Assembly (NCBI GenBank): GCA_050330515.1
Contig: JBHJNU010000003.1
Location: 15,560-79,559, forward strand
Direction of reading: 5' to 3'
Source: Flavobacteriaceae bacterium
Lineage (GTDB): Bacteria > Bacteroidota > Bacteroidia > Flavobacteriales > Flavobacteriaceae
DNA: 64,000 bases
In this document: positions 10,780 to 19,545 of the stretch, in pieces
Numbering within the stretch: the first letter of the stretch is position 1
Layout: each line of letters opens with the position of its first letter
The notes under the pieces: generated by a model
What the model was told of the DNA's origin: nothing
Databases searched by the model: none
What the model saw: only the letters and a program-made list of their open reading frames with translations
Position numbers and translations under genes: made by a program

Positions 10780-11590
10780 TTCTTCTGGTATCTTCTTGTA
10801 ATTTTATGATCTCTGCCCTATTCTTGTTGTTAATAATATAGACATTTTTAAGATTGGTCATATCGTTGAAGAGCACCACATCTATTCGCCAAAAACTCTT
10901 GGTATTGTTCAAATCGAAACTTTTAATGGTTCCGATCGGTATGTTCTCTGGAAAAATACTGCTCATACCCCCCGTAACGATGGTATCGCCTACCTTTAGG
11001 GGCACTAATCTTGGAATGTCGACCAGTTGCACCTCGTAATAATTTTTTTCGTCCCATACCAGAGACCCGAAATGATTGGTGTTCTTTAGTTTTGCGTTGA
11101 TGTTCGAATTCTCGTTCAAGATACTTTGAACACTGGCATACCTGTTCGAAGTGTTTTCAACAATGCCTAGAATTCCATTGGCGGTGATGACGCCCATATC
11201 AGGTTTAACCCCATCTCTTTCGCCTTTGTTTATGGTAATGTAGTTTCTACTATCGGCATAGCTATTTTTGATTACTTGGCCTGAGGTTACGGTATACTTG
11301 GCCTGAACCGAATCAAGGGGTACGGGGTCACCTGGTTTTTGATTTAAGAGAAGGTTTCGGAGTTGCTCGTTCTCTTCTACCAAAATTTTGTTTTCATCTT
11401 GTAGATCAAAATATGAGGTAATATTGAACGATGTCTCATAAATACGCCCCGTAAGCCAACTTGATGAGTTGAAAAACCGCGATTGATGGTACGAATGTGA
11501 TTGAATGGTAAACCCCAAAGAAAGCAACAATAAAAAGACATAGAGAAGAAAGTTCTTATATCTTATGATAAAGTTGATGATTTGCCGCAT
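10769..11590 (-). CDS. mreC: Rod shape-determining protein MreC
   Basis: N-terminal TM helix, coiled coil, ITINKGERDGVKPDMGV and GDTIVTGG...FPENIPIG. Confidence 0.95.
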   Translation of the reverse strand: MRQIINFIIRYKNFLLYVFLLLLSLGFTIQSHSYHQSRFFNSSSWLTGRIYETSFNITSYFDLQDENKILVEENEQLRNLLLNQKPGDPVPLDSVQAKYTVTSGQVIKNSYADSRNYITINKGERDGVKPDMGVITANGILGIVENTSNRYASVQSILNENSNINAKLKNTNHFGSLVWDEKNYYEVQLVDIPRLVPLKVGDTIVTGGMSSIFPENIPIGTIKSFDLNNTKSFWRIDVVLFNDMTNLKNVYIINNKNRAEIIKLQEDTRRNVQ

Positions 11591-11668
11591 GCCATTGAAA
11601 TTTTATGTAATCCTTTATTTGGGCCCAGGATTTAATAAAAAGAAGGATAACCATTTACTTCTAAGCAC

Positions 11669-12697
11669 CTATTTGATCAGTATGCTCTTATAGCGCTCCA
11701 AATTTTTAAGCGCGATACCTGTTCCCCTCACCACTGCTCTTAAAGGATCTTCGGCAATATATACGGGTAAATCTGTTTTTTGGGAAAGTCTTCTATCTAA
11801 GCCCCTGAGCATAGATCCCCCACCGGCCATATAGATGCCCGTGTTGTAAATGTCAGCGGCCAATTCTGGCGGTGTCTGTGAAAGGGTCTCCATAACCGCA
11901 TCTTCAACACGGAGAATTGATTTATCTAGCGCCTTTGCAATCTCTCGGTACGAAATCTGTACTTGTTTTGGTTTGCCGGTCAATAGATCTCTACCCTGAA
12001 CCGATTTTTCGTCGGGCGGGTGCTGCAGGTCTTCCGTAGCAGAACCAATCTCGATCTTTATATTTTCCGCGGTGCTTTCACCAACATATAAATTGTGTTG
12101 TGTGCGCATGTAGTAGATGATGTCATTGGTAAATACGTCTCCCGCAATCTTTACAGATTTGTCACAAACGATGCCACCTAAAGCGATGACGGCAATCTCG
12201 GTGGTACCACCACCAATATCAACGATCATATTTCCCTTGGGTTGCATAATATCAAGACCGATACCGATTGCAGCTGCCATTGGTTCGTGGATCAAATACA
12301 CTTCCTTTCCGTTCACGCGTTCCGCAGATTCTTTTACCGCACGCATTTCGACCTCGGTAATGCCCGATGGAATACAGATGACCATACGCAGCGCTGGGGG
12401 AAACCATTTTTTCTTTAAGGCGGGAATATTCTTGATGAACATATTGATCATCTTTTCAGAGGCATCAAAATCTGCGATCACGCCATCTTTCAGTGGTCGG
12501 ATGGTCTTTATGTTCTCATGGGTCTTGCCCTGCATCATACTGGCCTCTTTGCCGACCGCGATGATCTTACCCGAAATACGGTCTCTAGCTACGATCGATG
12601 GACTGTCAACTACCACCTTATCGTTATGGATAATGAGGGTGTTCGCCGTACCTAAGTCGATGGCGATTTCCTCGGTCAAGAAATCAAAAAATCCCAT
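11669..12697 (-). CDS. mreB: Actin-like rod shape protein MreB
   Basis: IDLGTANT, DGVIADF, DIGGGTTE and AGGGSML motifs. Confidence 0.98.
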   Translation of the reverse strand: MGFFDFLTEEIAIDLGTANTLIIHNDKVVVDSPSIVARDRISGKIIAVGKEASMMQGKTHENIKTIRPLKDGVIADFDASEKMINMFIKNIPALKKKWFPPALRMVICIPSGITEVEMRAVKESAERVNGKEVYLIHEPMAAAIGIGLDIMQPKGNMIVDIGGGTTEIAVIALGGIVCDKSVKIAGDVFTNDIIYYMRTQHNLYVGESTAENIKIEIGSATEDLQHPPDEKSVQGRDLLTGKPKQVQISYREIAKALDKSILRVEDAVMETLSQTPPELAADIYNTGIYMAGGGSMLRGLDRRLSQKTDLPVYIAEDPLRAVVRGTGIALKNLERYKSILIK

Positions 12698-12748
12698 TGT
12701 TAATTCGTTTGGTTATGTTACACGTATGCGTGGGGTGCATTTCACCGA

Positions 12749-12756
12749 CAAAAGTA
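12749..12756 (-). promoter_or_regulatory. -7 promoter element (TACTTTTG) of the mre operon
   Basis: Matches TAnnTTTG on the minus strand, about 50 nt upstream of the mreB ATG. Confidence 0.6.
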
Positions 12757-12847
12757 CTAAAAATCAAGGGTGTTTGGTTTTTTATATTTGCAAATTATAC
12801 CCAAAAAAAGGTACGGCCTACAATTTATAAACTTCCTGACGATTTTT

Positions 12848-14380
12848 TTAATGCTTGAAATGACGCGTGCCCGTCGTTACCATGGCAACACCATTTTCAT
12901 TGCAATAATCAATACTTAATTGGTCCTTTATCGATCCGCCCGGTTGTATAACGGATGCAATGCCACTTTTATGCGCAATTTCTACACAATCTGGAAAGGG
13001 GAAGAAGGCATCGCTGGCCATAACCGCCCCGTTCAGGTCAAAATTAAAGGACCTGGCCTTGTGAATGGCCTGATTAAGGGCATCTACGCGTGAAGTTTGA
13101 CCCGTGCCGCTCGCGCATAACTGTTTGTTCTTTGCAATTACAATGGTATTCGATTTGGTGTGCTTACACAATTTTGAGGCGAAAATCAAATCGTCTAATT
13201 CACTATCGGTAGGTTTCTTAGTGGTAGCATAGGTTAAATCTGCTACGGTATCTGTCTTGACATCTTTGTCTTGAACCAAAATACCGTTTAAGCAGGAGCG
13301 TACGGTTGTCTGTGGCAGTTCAACATCGTTCAGGCTTAAAATGATACGGTTCTTCTTTGCCTTTAGAATTTCTAGTGCCTCATTTGCATAACTGGGCGCG
13401 ATCACTACTTCGCAAAATAGCGCATTGATTTCTTCTGCAGTGGCCTTGTCGATTTCTTTATTGGCTATCAAGACACCTCCGAATGCAGATACTGGGTCTC
13501 CGGCCAAAGCATCTAAATAAGCTTCCAGCAGGGTTTTGCGCGTTGCCAGTCCGCAGGCGTTGTTGTGCTTCAAGATGGCGAAAGTTGCATCGTCATGTTT
13601 GAATTCTAACATCAGGTTTACGGCCGCATCAACGTCTAATAGGTTGTTGTAGGAGAGCTCTTTGCCGTGCAGAATGGAGAACATTGCGTCGAAGTTACCG
13701 AAGAAGAATCCTTTTTGGTGCGGGTTTTCACCATAACGCAATACCTTGCCATCCATCTCGCTTATCTTCAAGGCTGCCAGCTCATGGTTCTTGTTGAAAT
13801 AATTGAAGATCGCCGTATCGTAATGTGATGAAGCGTTGAACGCTTTTGCGGCGAAACGCTTTCGCACCTCCAAGGTCGTACTGCCATTTCCTTCAGATAT
13901 GATTTCTAGAACTTCGGCGTAGTCTTCCATGGAAGAAACACAGAGCACGTCTTGATAGTTTTTTGCAGCTGCTCGAATTAGCGAAATTCCACCGATATCA
14001 ATTTTTTCAATGATATCCTCTTCCGAGGCACCACTTGCAACGGTTTTTTCAAAGGGGTAAAGGTCTACGATAACAATATCCAGTTGGGGAATTTCGAATT
14101 CCTTTAATTGGGCCAGATCACTTTGGTTGTCCTGTCGGTTCAAAATACCACCGAAAACTTTTGGGTGCAGGGTTTTTACGCGTCCGCCAAGGATCGAAGG
14201 GTAACTTGTCACTTCTTCAACAGGTATGACCGCGATGCCTAAATCTTTGATGAATTTTTCAGTTCCGCCCGTTGAATAGATGGTGATGCCCAGTTCGTCG
14301 AATTTTCGAACTATAGGTTCTAACCCATCTTTATGGAATACTGAAATTAAGGCTGAATCGGCTTTTTTGAAGGTGCTCAT
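12848..14380 (-). CDS. purH: Bifunctional AICAR transformylase/IMP cyclohydrolase
   Basis: ALISVFHK, GGRVKTLHP, IDIGGISL, LRYGENPHQ, SDAFFPF and QPGGS motifs. Confidence 0.98.
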   Translation of the reverse strand: MSTFKKADSALISVFHKDGLEPIVRKFDELGITIYSTGGTEKFIKDLGIAVIPVEEVTSYPSILGGRVKTLHPKVFGGILNRQDNQSDLAQLKEFEIPQLDIVIVDLYPFEKTVASGASEEDIIEKIDIGGISLIRAAAKNYQDVLCVSSMEDYAEVLEIISEGNGSTTLEVRKRFAAKAFNASSHYDTAIFNYFNKNHELAALKISEMDGKVLRYGENPHQKGFFFGNFDAMFSILHGKELSYNNLLDVDAAVNLMLEFKHDDATFAILKHNNACGLATRKTLLEAYLDALAGDPVSAFGGVLIANKEIDKATAEEINALFCEVVIAPSYANEALEILKAKKNRIILSLNDVELPQTTVRSCLNGILVQDKDVKTDTVADLTYATTKKPTDSELDDLIFASKLCKHTKSNTIVIAKNKQLCASGTGQTSRVDALNQAIHKARSFNFDLNGAVMASDAFFPFPDCVEIAHKSGIASVIQPGGSIKDQLSIDYCNENGVAMVTTGTRHFKH

Positions 14381-14412
14381 TTTTACGCGCTTGTGGGTTT
14401 TTGTTGAGCAAG

Positions 14413-14420
14413 CAAAAGTA
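14413..14420 (-). promoter_or_regulatory. -7 promoter element (TACTTTTG) of purH
   Basis: Matches TAnnTTTG about 33 nt upstream of the ATG. Confidence 0.55.
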
Positions 14421-14472
14421 ATTTTTTTGCAGGTAACAAACCCCTCAGGTTATCAACAAAACAAGCAAAGTT

Positions 14473-14925
14473 TTAAAGAATGGCAGCTACTTTTTCATTG
14501 ACGAACTCTAAAAACCGCTCATCCTCCTCGGTAAAAGGGTCAGGGGTATTCGAATCAATATCGATTTGGCCTATATTTTCACCGTTGACGAATAGGGGCA
14601 CCACGATTTCCGCCTTTACCGTAAGGCTGCATGCAATGTAGTTATCTTGGGCCTTTACATCGGGCACTACAAAATTTTGATTTGAAACGGCGACTTGGCC
14701 GCAGATACCCTTTCCAAAGGGAATAATGGTATGATCGGTAGGTTCGCCGACGTAGGGTCCGAGTTTCAATTCTTCCTTTTCTCCATTCCTAAAATAAAAT
14801 CCTACCCAATCATAGTGGGGCACGTTTTTTTGTAATAGTTCGCAGAGTTGTTGTAATCTGGTATCGGGGTCGGTCCCGGTATTATTTAAAATGGTCTCCA
14901 CTTTGGGTTTAAGGGCTGCTAGCAT
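14473..14925 (-). CDS. GAF-domain protein, free methionine-(R)-sulfoxide reductase (fRMsr/MsrC)-like
   Basis: WVGFY, GKGICG, YIACS, EIVVP and IDIDS. Probable start is Met 14925. Confidence 0.85.
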   Translation of the reverse strand: MLAALKPKVETILNNTGTDPDTRLQQLCELLQKNVPHYDWVGFYFRNGEKEELKLGPYVGEPTDHTIIPFGKGICGQVAVSNQNFVVPDVKAQDNYIACSLTVKAEIVVPLFVNGENIGQIDIDSNTPDPFTEEDERFLEFVNEKVAAIL

Positions 14926-15043
14926 AGAATTGTCTTTCAGTTTTTTTTTCAAAAGTCGATGTTTGGCTTAAAAGTTACAATACGATACCCCCTAAATATT
15001 CGTTAATATATGATCATGACATAACGGCCCATGGAATATTTCG

Positions 15044-15051
15044 TATTTTTG
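15044..15051 (+). promoter_or_regulatory. -7 promoter element (TATTTTTG) for the HYC_CC_PP locus
   Basis: Matches TAnnTTTG, 5 nt before the ATG at 15057. Confidence 0.55.
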
Positions 15052-15056
15052 CATTA

Positions 15057-15473
15057 ATGAAAGCGGTACTTCATAAGATAGCTTCAATGGCGATGGCCCT
15101 TTTGCTTTTGCTTTCCACGACCTCTTGGAAGGTGGAGAAGCATTATTGCATGGGTCGTTTGATCAATGTCGCCCTTTTCGTTCATGTCGATGATTGTGGA
15201 ATGGGTATGGACCTGGTCGGTAACCCGGAATCAAAATTACAAAATAGGAATTCGTGCTGCGACGACAATGTCGTTTTGATCGAAGGCCAGGATGATCTGA
15301 AAATATCTTTCAATGACCTTGACGTCAATGGGCAAACATACTTCATTGGCCAAAGCTACACTTTTAGTTATAGGGGTCTGATATTAACGCACAAAGCCGT
15401 TTCCCAAAAAACGTACCCGCCCCCGATTTTGGTCAAGGACATTCAGTTGCTTGACGAAGTTTTCTTGATTTGA
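15057..15473 (+). CDS. HYC_CC_PP family protein (exported, Cys/His motifs, C-terminal PPP)
   Basis: N-terminal hydrophobic segment followed by KHYC, DDCG, SCC and YPPP motifs. Confidence 0.85.
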   Translation: MKAVLHKIASMAMALLLLLSTTSWKVEKHYCMGRLINVALFVHVDDCGMGMDLVGNPESKLQNRNSCCDDNVVLIEGQDDLKISFNDLDVNGQTYFIGQSYTFSYRGLILTHKAVSQKTYPPPILVKDIQLLDEVFLI

Positions 15474-15478
15474 TACGT

Positions 15479-15566
15479 TGGTTTTTCCTTCCCACAAGTT
15501 TGGGAATTTGCCCATTTAGCTGCAAATAGGGCAGGGTGTCTTAGAGCACCTTGGAAAAAGTAACCA
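15479..15566 (+). ncRNA. Candidate structured cis-regulatory RNA (three hairpins closed by an outer stem)
   Basis: Base pairing found by eye: TTTTTCC 15482-88 with GGAAAAA 15553-59; TTCCCA with TGGGAA; TGCCC-ATTT with AAAT-A-GGGCA; GGTG with CACC. Confidence 0.4.
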
Positions 15567-15579
15567 TCAAATAAAAATC

Positions 15580-16305
15580 ATGAAACATACATACAGTATA
15601 ACCGGTATGACCTGCACTAATTGCGTGGCCTCGGTTGTTGCCGAACTTTCTAAAATAGAAGGTGTTACCCATGTTGCCGTAAGTCTGGAAAAAGGAGAGG
15701 CCGAAATGGAGATGGAAAGACATATTCCATTAGGGATCCTACAAACTGCCTTATCTAAGAAATACAGCATCAGCGTAAAAAGAAGTGGTGCTACCGATAT
15801 AATTGTCGACGGCGTTTCCGAAAAATCGAAACTACAGCAGTTGAAACCCTTGCTGTTGATCTTTTTGTACCTATTTGCTGCAGCTTTTCTGCTCCATATC
15901 AAGAATTGGAATACTGAAGAAGCCATGCTCGACTTTATGGGCCTTTTCTACATTGTTTTTAGTTTCTTCAAGTTATTGGACCTGAAGGGTTTTCCAGAGA
16001 GTTTTCGCATGTACGATCCCTTGGCGAAGTTAATGCCCGCCTATGCATGGGCCTATCCTTTTATTGAGCTTGTTCTTGGCCTGTTGCTGTTAATGCGTTT
16101 TCAAATCAACGCCGCGCTTTTTATCACCGTTGTAGTTCTTGGAATTACAACTATCGGGGTTTCTAGAACCTTATTGGATAAAAAAAGTATTCGGTGCGCT
16201 TGTTTGGGTACGGCGTTGAAACTTCCTATGACGGAGGCCACTTTCATCGAGAACACAATCATGCTGGTAATGGCGCTGACCATGCTGGTACAGAATTTTA
16301 TTTAA
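15580..16305 (+). CDS. Heavy-metal-associated (HMA) domain fused to a MauE/DoxX-like membrane domain
   Basis: GMTCTNC at the N-terminus, about 5 TM helices, and a CACLG motif. Confidence 0.9.
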   Translation: MKHTYSITGMTCTNCVASVVAELSKIEGVTHVAVSLEKGEAEMEMERHIPLGILQTALSKKYSISVKRSGATDIIVDGVSEKSKLQQLKPLLLIFLYLFAAAFLLHIKNWNTEEAMLDFMGLFYIVFSFFKLLDLKGFPESFRMYDPLAKLMPAYAWAYPFIELVLGLLLLMRFQINAALFITVVVLGITTIGVSRTLLDKKSIRCACLGTALKLPMTEATFIENTIMLVMALTMLVQNFI

Positions 16306-16394
16306 ATCACAAAAAACAGAAAACGGGTCGCATCTGGGTCAATGGTAATCTACCCACGCTGAGGTTAAATGCGCTCTAAATCAATATAGAATAA

Positions 16395-18653
16395 ATGAAA
16401 ACATACGTATATATACTAATCATACTGTTTCCGCTGCTTTCTTTTTCACAAGAAAAGGTAGAAGGCATGATCATGGAAGCGAACAGCACAAAAGAACATA
16501 TCGGCCTTTCAGGGGCCAATGTGTACTGGATGGATTCTCAAATAGGCACCATCACCAATGAAGAGGGGCTTTTCTCCATTCCTTATAAAAAGGAATACAA
16601 CAAATTGATCATTAGCTATGTTGGGTTCAGGTCAGATACCTTAACCATCAACCAACCAAAGGTAATCCATCATTCATTGCAGTCATCCAGTGCATTGGAT
16701 GAAGTAGTGGTTGAGCAAAAACGCGAGGCGGTTCAAAAGGCGTATTTCAGCTCTCAAAATGTGATTACGATAAATAGTGCCGAATTGTTAAAGGCGGCCT
16801 GTTGCAACCTTTCGGAGAGTTTTGAGACGAATCCCGCTATCGATGTCAATTTCTCTGACGCCCTAACAGGCACTAAACAGATTCAGATGCTGGGTTTGAC
16901 GAGTCCGTACCTGTTGATCACTCAAGAGAATATTCCTATGGTGCGCGGCGCTTCACAGGCCTACGGCTTGACGTTCACACCAGGTACTTGGGTAGAGAGT
17001 ATTCAGATTACCAAAGGAGCTGGTAGTGTGGTCAATGGCTATGAGAGTATATCGGGCCAGATCAATACAGAACTGGTCAAACCGTTCAATGACAACCCAC
17101 TTTTTGTGAACGGTTATTATAATTTTATTGGTCGGATGGAACTGAATACGCATTTGAACCATAAAATAACCGATAAGTGGGGTACGGGCCTTTATATACA
17201 CGGTAATAAAATAGGTCAAAAGGAAGAGAATAACAATGATGGATTCTTGGATGTTCCCTTGGCGGATCAGATCAATGTAATGAGCCGTTGGCAGTATCAA
17301 AATGCACAAACAGGATGGGTAAGCTTCTTAAGTTTGCGGTATTTGAACGACCAAAAACAAGCCGGTCAAATTGATTTCGACCCTGGTACCGATAGGCTTG
17401 GTTCTAATGTCATAATTACAGGCAACGAAGTTTGGGGAAGTGAAATAGATACTCAAAGGTTCGACTCTTCACTGAAAGTAGGTTATGTTTTTCCAGAGCT
17501 TCCTTTTCAAAGTTTTGGTTTTCAAGCCTCGTTCAGCAGTCATAGGCAAGATTCTTATTTTGGTGTTAACCGCTATGATATCGATCACCAAAGCGTGTTT
17601 TCGAACCTCTTGTTCAACTCGATCATCGGCGATACCCAGAGCAAGTTCACTACCGGATTGACCTTTGCCTATGATGGCTACGAAGAATTGGTCAACACAC
17701 AGCTTTTTACCAGGGAAGATTCGTCGGTAGGGGCCTTCTTTGAGTATAGTTATACCAATCTAGAAAAGTTGAGCTTAACGGCAGGTTTGCGGGTCGATAA
17801 TCACAACCGGTTGGGTACATTTATGACGCCAAGAGTGCATGTCCGCTATTCTCCTTGGGAAAAGGCAAGTCTGAGGGGTTCTTTCGGAAGGGGGCGAAGG
17901 GCTGCCAATATTTTTGCCGAGAACCAGCAGTTGTTCGCCTCTTCAAGGCAAATTCAAATACTCGATACCGAGGGAAGCATTTATGGTCTGGATCCAGAAG
18001 ATGCATGGAATTATGGTTTTAGTTTTCTTCAGGGGTTTACTTTTCTGAACCGGCCAGGAAACGTCACGATCGATTTCTATAAAACAGATTTTAAAAATCA
18101 AGTTGTGGTAGATTGGGAAAATCCGAGGGTAGTATCCTTTTATAATCTAGACGGGAAAAGTTATGCCAACAGTTTTCAGTTCGAGGTCAACCACGAGATA
18201 TTGAGCAATTTAGAGTTACGCACGGCCTACAAGTATTATGATGTCAAAACTGATTATCGAAGTGGTTCATTGCAAAAGCCCTTACAGGCTCAACACCGGT
18301 TTTTTGCCAATTTAGGCTATGAAACAGCCCTTAAGGATAATGGCTCGCAATGGAAGTTCGATTATACCGTTCATACCTTAGGAAAACAACGTCTACCCAA
18401 TACCGATGCCAATCCGCCCGAATTTCGATTAGGTGATTTCTCGGACCCTTATAGTCTAATGAATGCACAGGTTACCAAAGTCTTTTCCAAGAATTTCGAA
18501 ATGTATGTAGGGGGAGAGAATTTAACTAATTTTATGCAAAATAACCCCATTCTAGGTGCCGATAATCCTTTTGGTTCAAATTTTGATACGAGTATCGTGT
18601 TTGCACCTATAATGGGTAGAATGTTTTACACAGGATTTAGATATAAGATTTAA
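16395..18653 (+). CDS. TonB-dependent outer-membrane receptor with a Cys-Cys plug motif
   Basis: Signal peptide, carboxypeptidase-regulatory-like N-domain, LDEVVV TonB-box-like segment, KAACCNLSESFE plug, IQITKG, C-terminal GRMFYTGFRYKI. Confidence 0.93.
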   Translation: MKTYVYILIILFPLLSFSQEKVEGMIMEANSTKEHIGLSGANVYWMDSQIGTITNEEGLFSIPYKKEYNKLIISYVGFRSDTLTINQPKVIHHSLQSSSALDEVVVEQKREAVQKAYFSSQNVITINSAELLKAACCNLSESFETNPAIDVNFSDALTGTKQIQMLGLTSPYLLITQENIPMVRGASQAYGLTFTPGTWVESIQITKGAGSVVNGYESISGQINTELVKPFNDNPLFVNGYYNFIGRMELNTHLNHKITDKWGTGLYIHGNKIGQKEENNNDGFLDVPLADQINVMSRWQYQNAQTGWVSFLSLRYLNDQKQAGQIDFDPGTDRLGSNVIITGNEVWGSEIDTQRFDSSLKVGYVFPELPFQSFGFQASFSSHRQDSYFGVNRYDIDHQSVFSNLLFNSIIGDTQSKFTTGLTFAYDGYEELVNTQLFTREDSSVGAFFEYSYTNLEKLSLTAGLRVDNHNRLGTFMTPRVHVRYSPWEKASLRGSFGRGRRAANIFAENQQLFASSRQIQILDTEGSIYGLDPEDAWNYGFSFLQGFTFLNRPGNVTIDFYKTDFKNQVVVDWENPRVVSFYNLDGKSYANSFQFEVNHEILSNLELRTAYKYYDVKTDYRSGSLQKPLQAQHRFFANLGYETALKDNGSQWKFDYTVHTLGKQRLPNTDANPPEFRLGDFSDPYSLMNAQVTKVFSKNFEMYVGGENLTNFMQNNPILGADNPFGSNFDTSIVFAPIMGRMFYTGFRYKI

Positions 18654-18687
18654 AAAGAATTTTTAAGAACAAAGACAAATTACAACT

Positions 18688-19044
18688 ATGAAAAAAGCAA
18701 TAACAGTGATTGTGCTCGCACTTCTTACGGCAACAACTTTTGCGCAAGAAAAAAACAAAAAGGTAACTATGGAAGTTGACGGTGTTTGTGAAATGTGTAA
18801 AATACGCATCGAAAAGGCCGCTTTGGGCGTTAAAGGAGTAAAATATACCATATGGGATATTCCTTCGCATCAACTATCGTTAATTATTGATGAAAACAAA
18901 ACGGATCAAATGCAGATCAAAACGGCATTGGTGACTGCAGGCCACGATACCAAAGAATTAAAGGCAACAGAGGAAGCCTATAACAAGGTAATGCCATGTT
19001 GTAAGTACCGTGATGAAAATGTGGTGAAGGACCATAAGAACTAA
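18688..19044 (+). CDS. Exported heavy-metal-associated domain protein
   Basis: Signal peptide ending TFA-Q, DGVCEMC (CxxC), C-terminal PCC. Confidence 0.88.
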   Translation: MKKAITVIVLALLTATTFAQEKNKKVTMEVDGVCEMCKIRIEKAALGVKGVKYTIWDIPSHQLSLIIDENKTDQMQIKTALVTAGHDTKELKATEEAYNKVMPCCKYRDENVVKDHKN

Positions 19045-19099
19045 TCGACGCAGACCATTTACGATCCACTGCCTTTTTTCCGGCTTTTTTTCCGGTCAA

Positions 19100-19107
19100 T
19101 ACATTTG
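19100..19107 (+). promoter_or_regulatory. Orphan -7 promoter element (TACATTTG)
   Basis: Matches TAnnTTTG, but no ORF of 60 aa or more starts in the next 430 nt. Confidence 0.35.
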
Positions 19108-19261
19108 CAATCTACTTTCACCTAAAGTAAACCTTGTTCGAATTGGCTTTCTTTAACAGAAACCATTCAATAAATGATGGTGGTACCTGAAGTTAACATC
19201 ACCTGCAACTGGTGGGTGGTCTTTACATAAAAGTAAACTCAGTTATCTTTACACATTAAAG

Positions 19262-19288
19262 AAGATGACCATCGGGTCGTTTTTTTTT
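19262..19288 (+). terminator. Intrinsic terminator
   Basis: ATGACC-ATCG-GGTCGT hairpin followed by a T-run (19280-88). Confidence 0.65.
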
Positions 19289-19545
19289 AAACGGACCAGG
19301 GGGTAATCTAGATTTAGAAACACATTAGTTTCGCAGTGCTATTGTACAATGGTTGAGTGTGTTATCGATGAAATGCAACATACTAAAATTAAAAAGCCAA
19401 CGTTTTGTTGACAACACTATGCATTATCTTAAGTAATAGTGGGTTTAATGATATTTCTCGACGAATAAATATGGTTGATAAATATATTTTTAAAAAAGAA
19501 TCGACTTAAGAAAAAAAGATAAGTTTAAAATAAAACTTTACATCA

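Noticed and set aside
19174-19230. 18-codon ORF MMVVPEVNITCNWWVVFT
   Set aside because: No family resemblance or other support; expected by chance.
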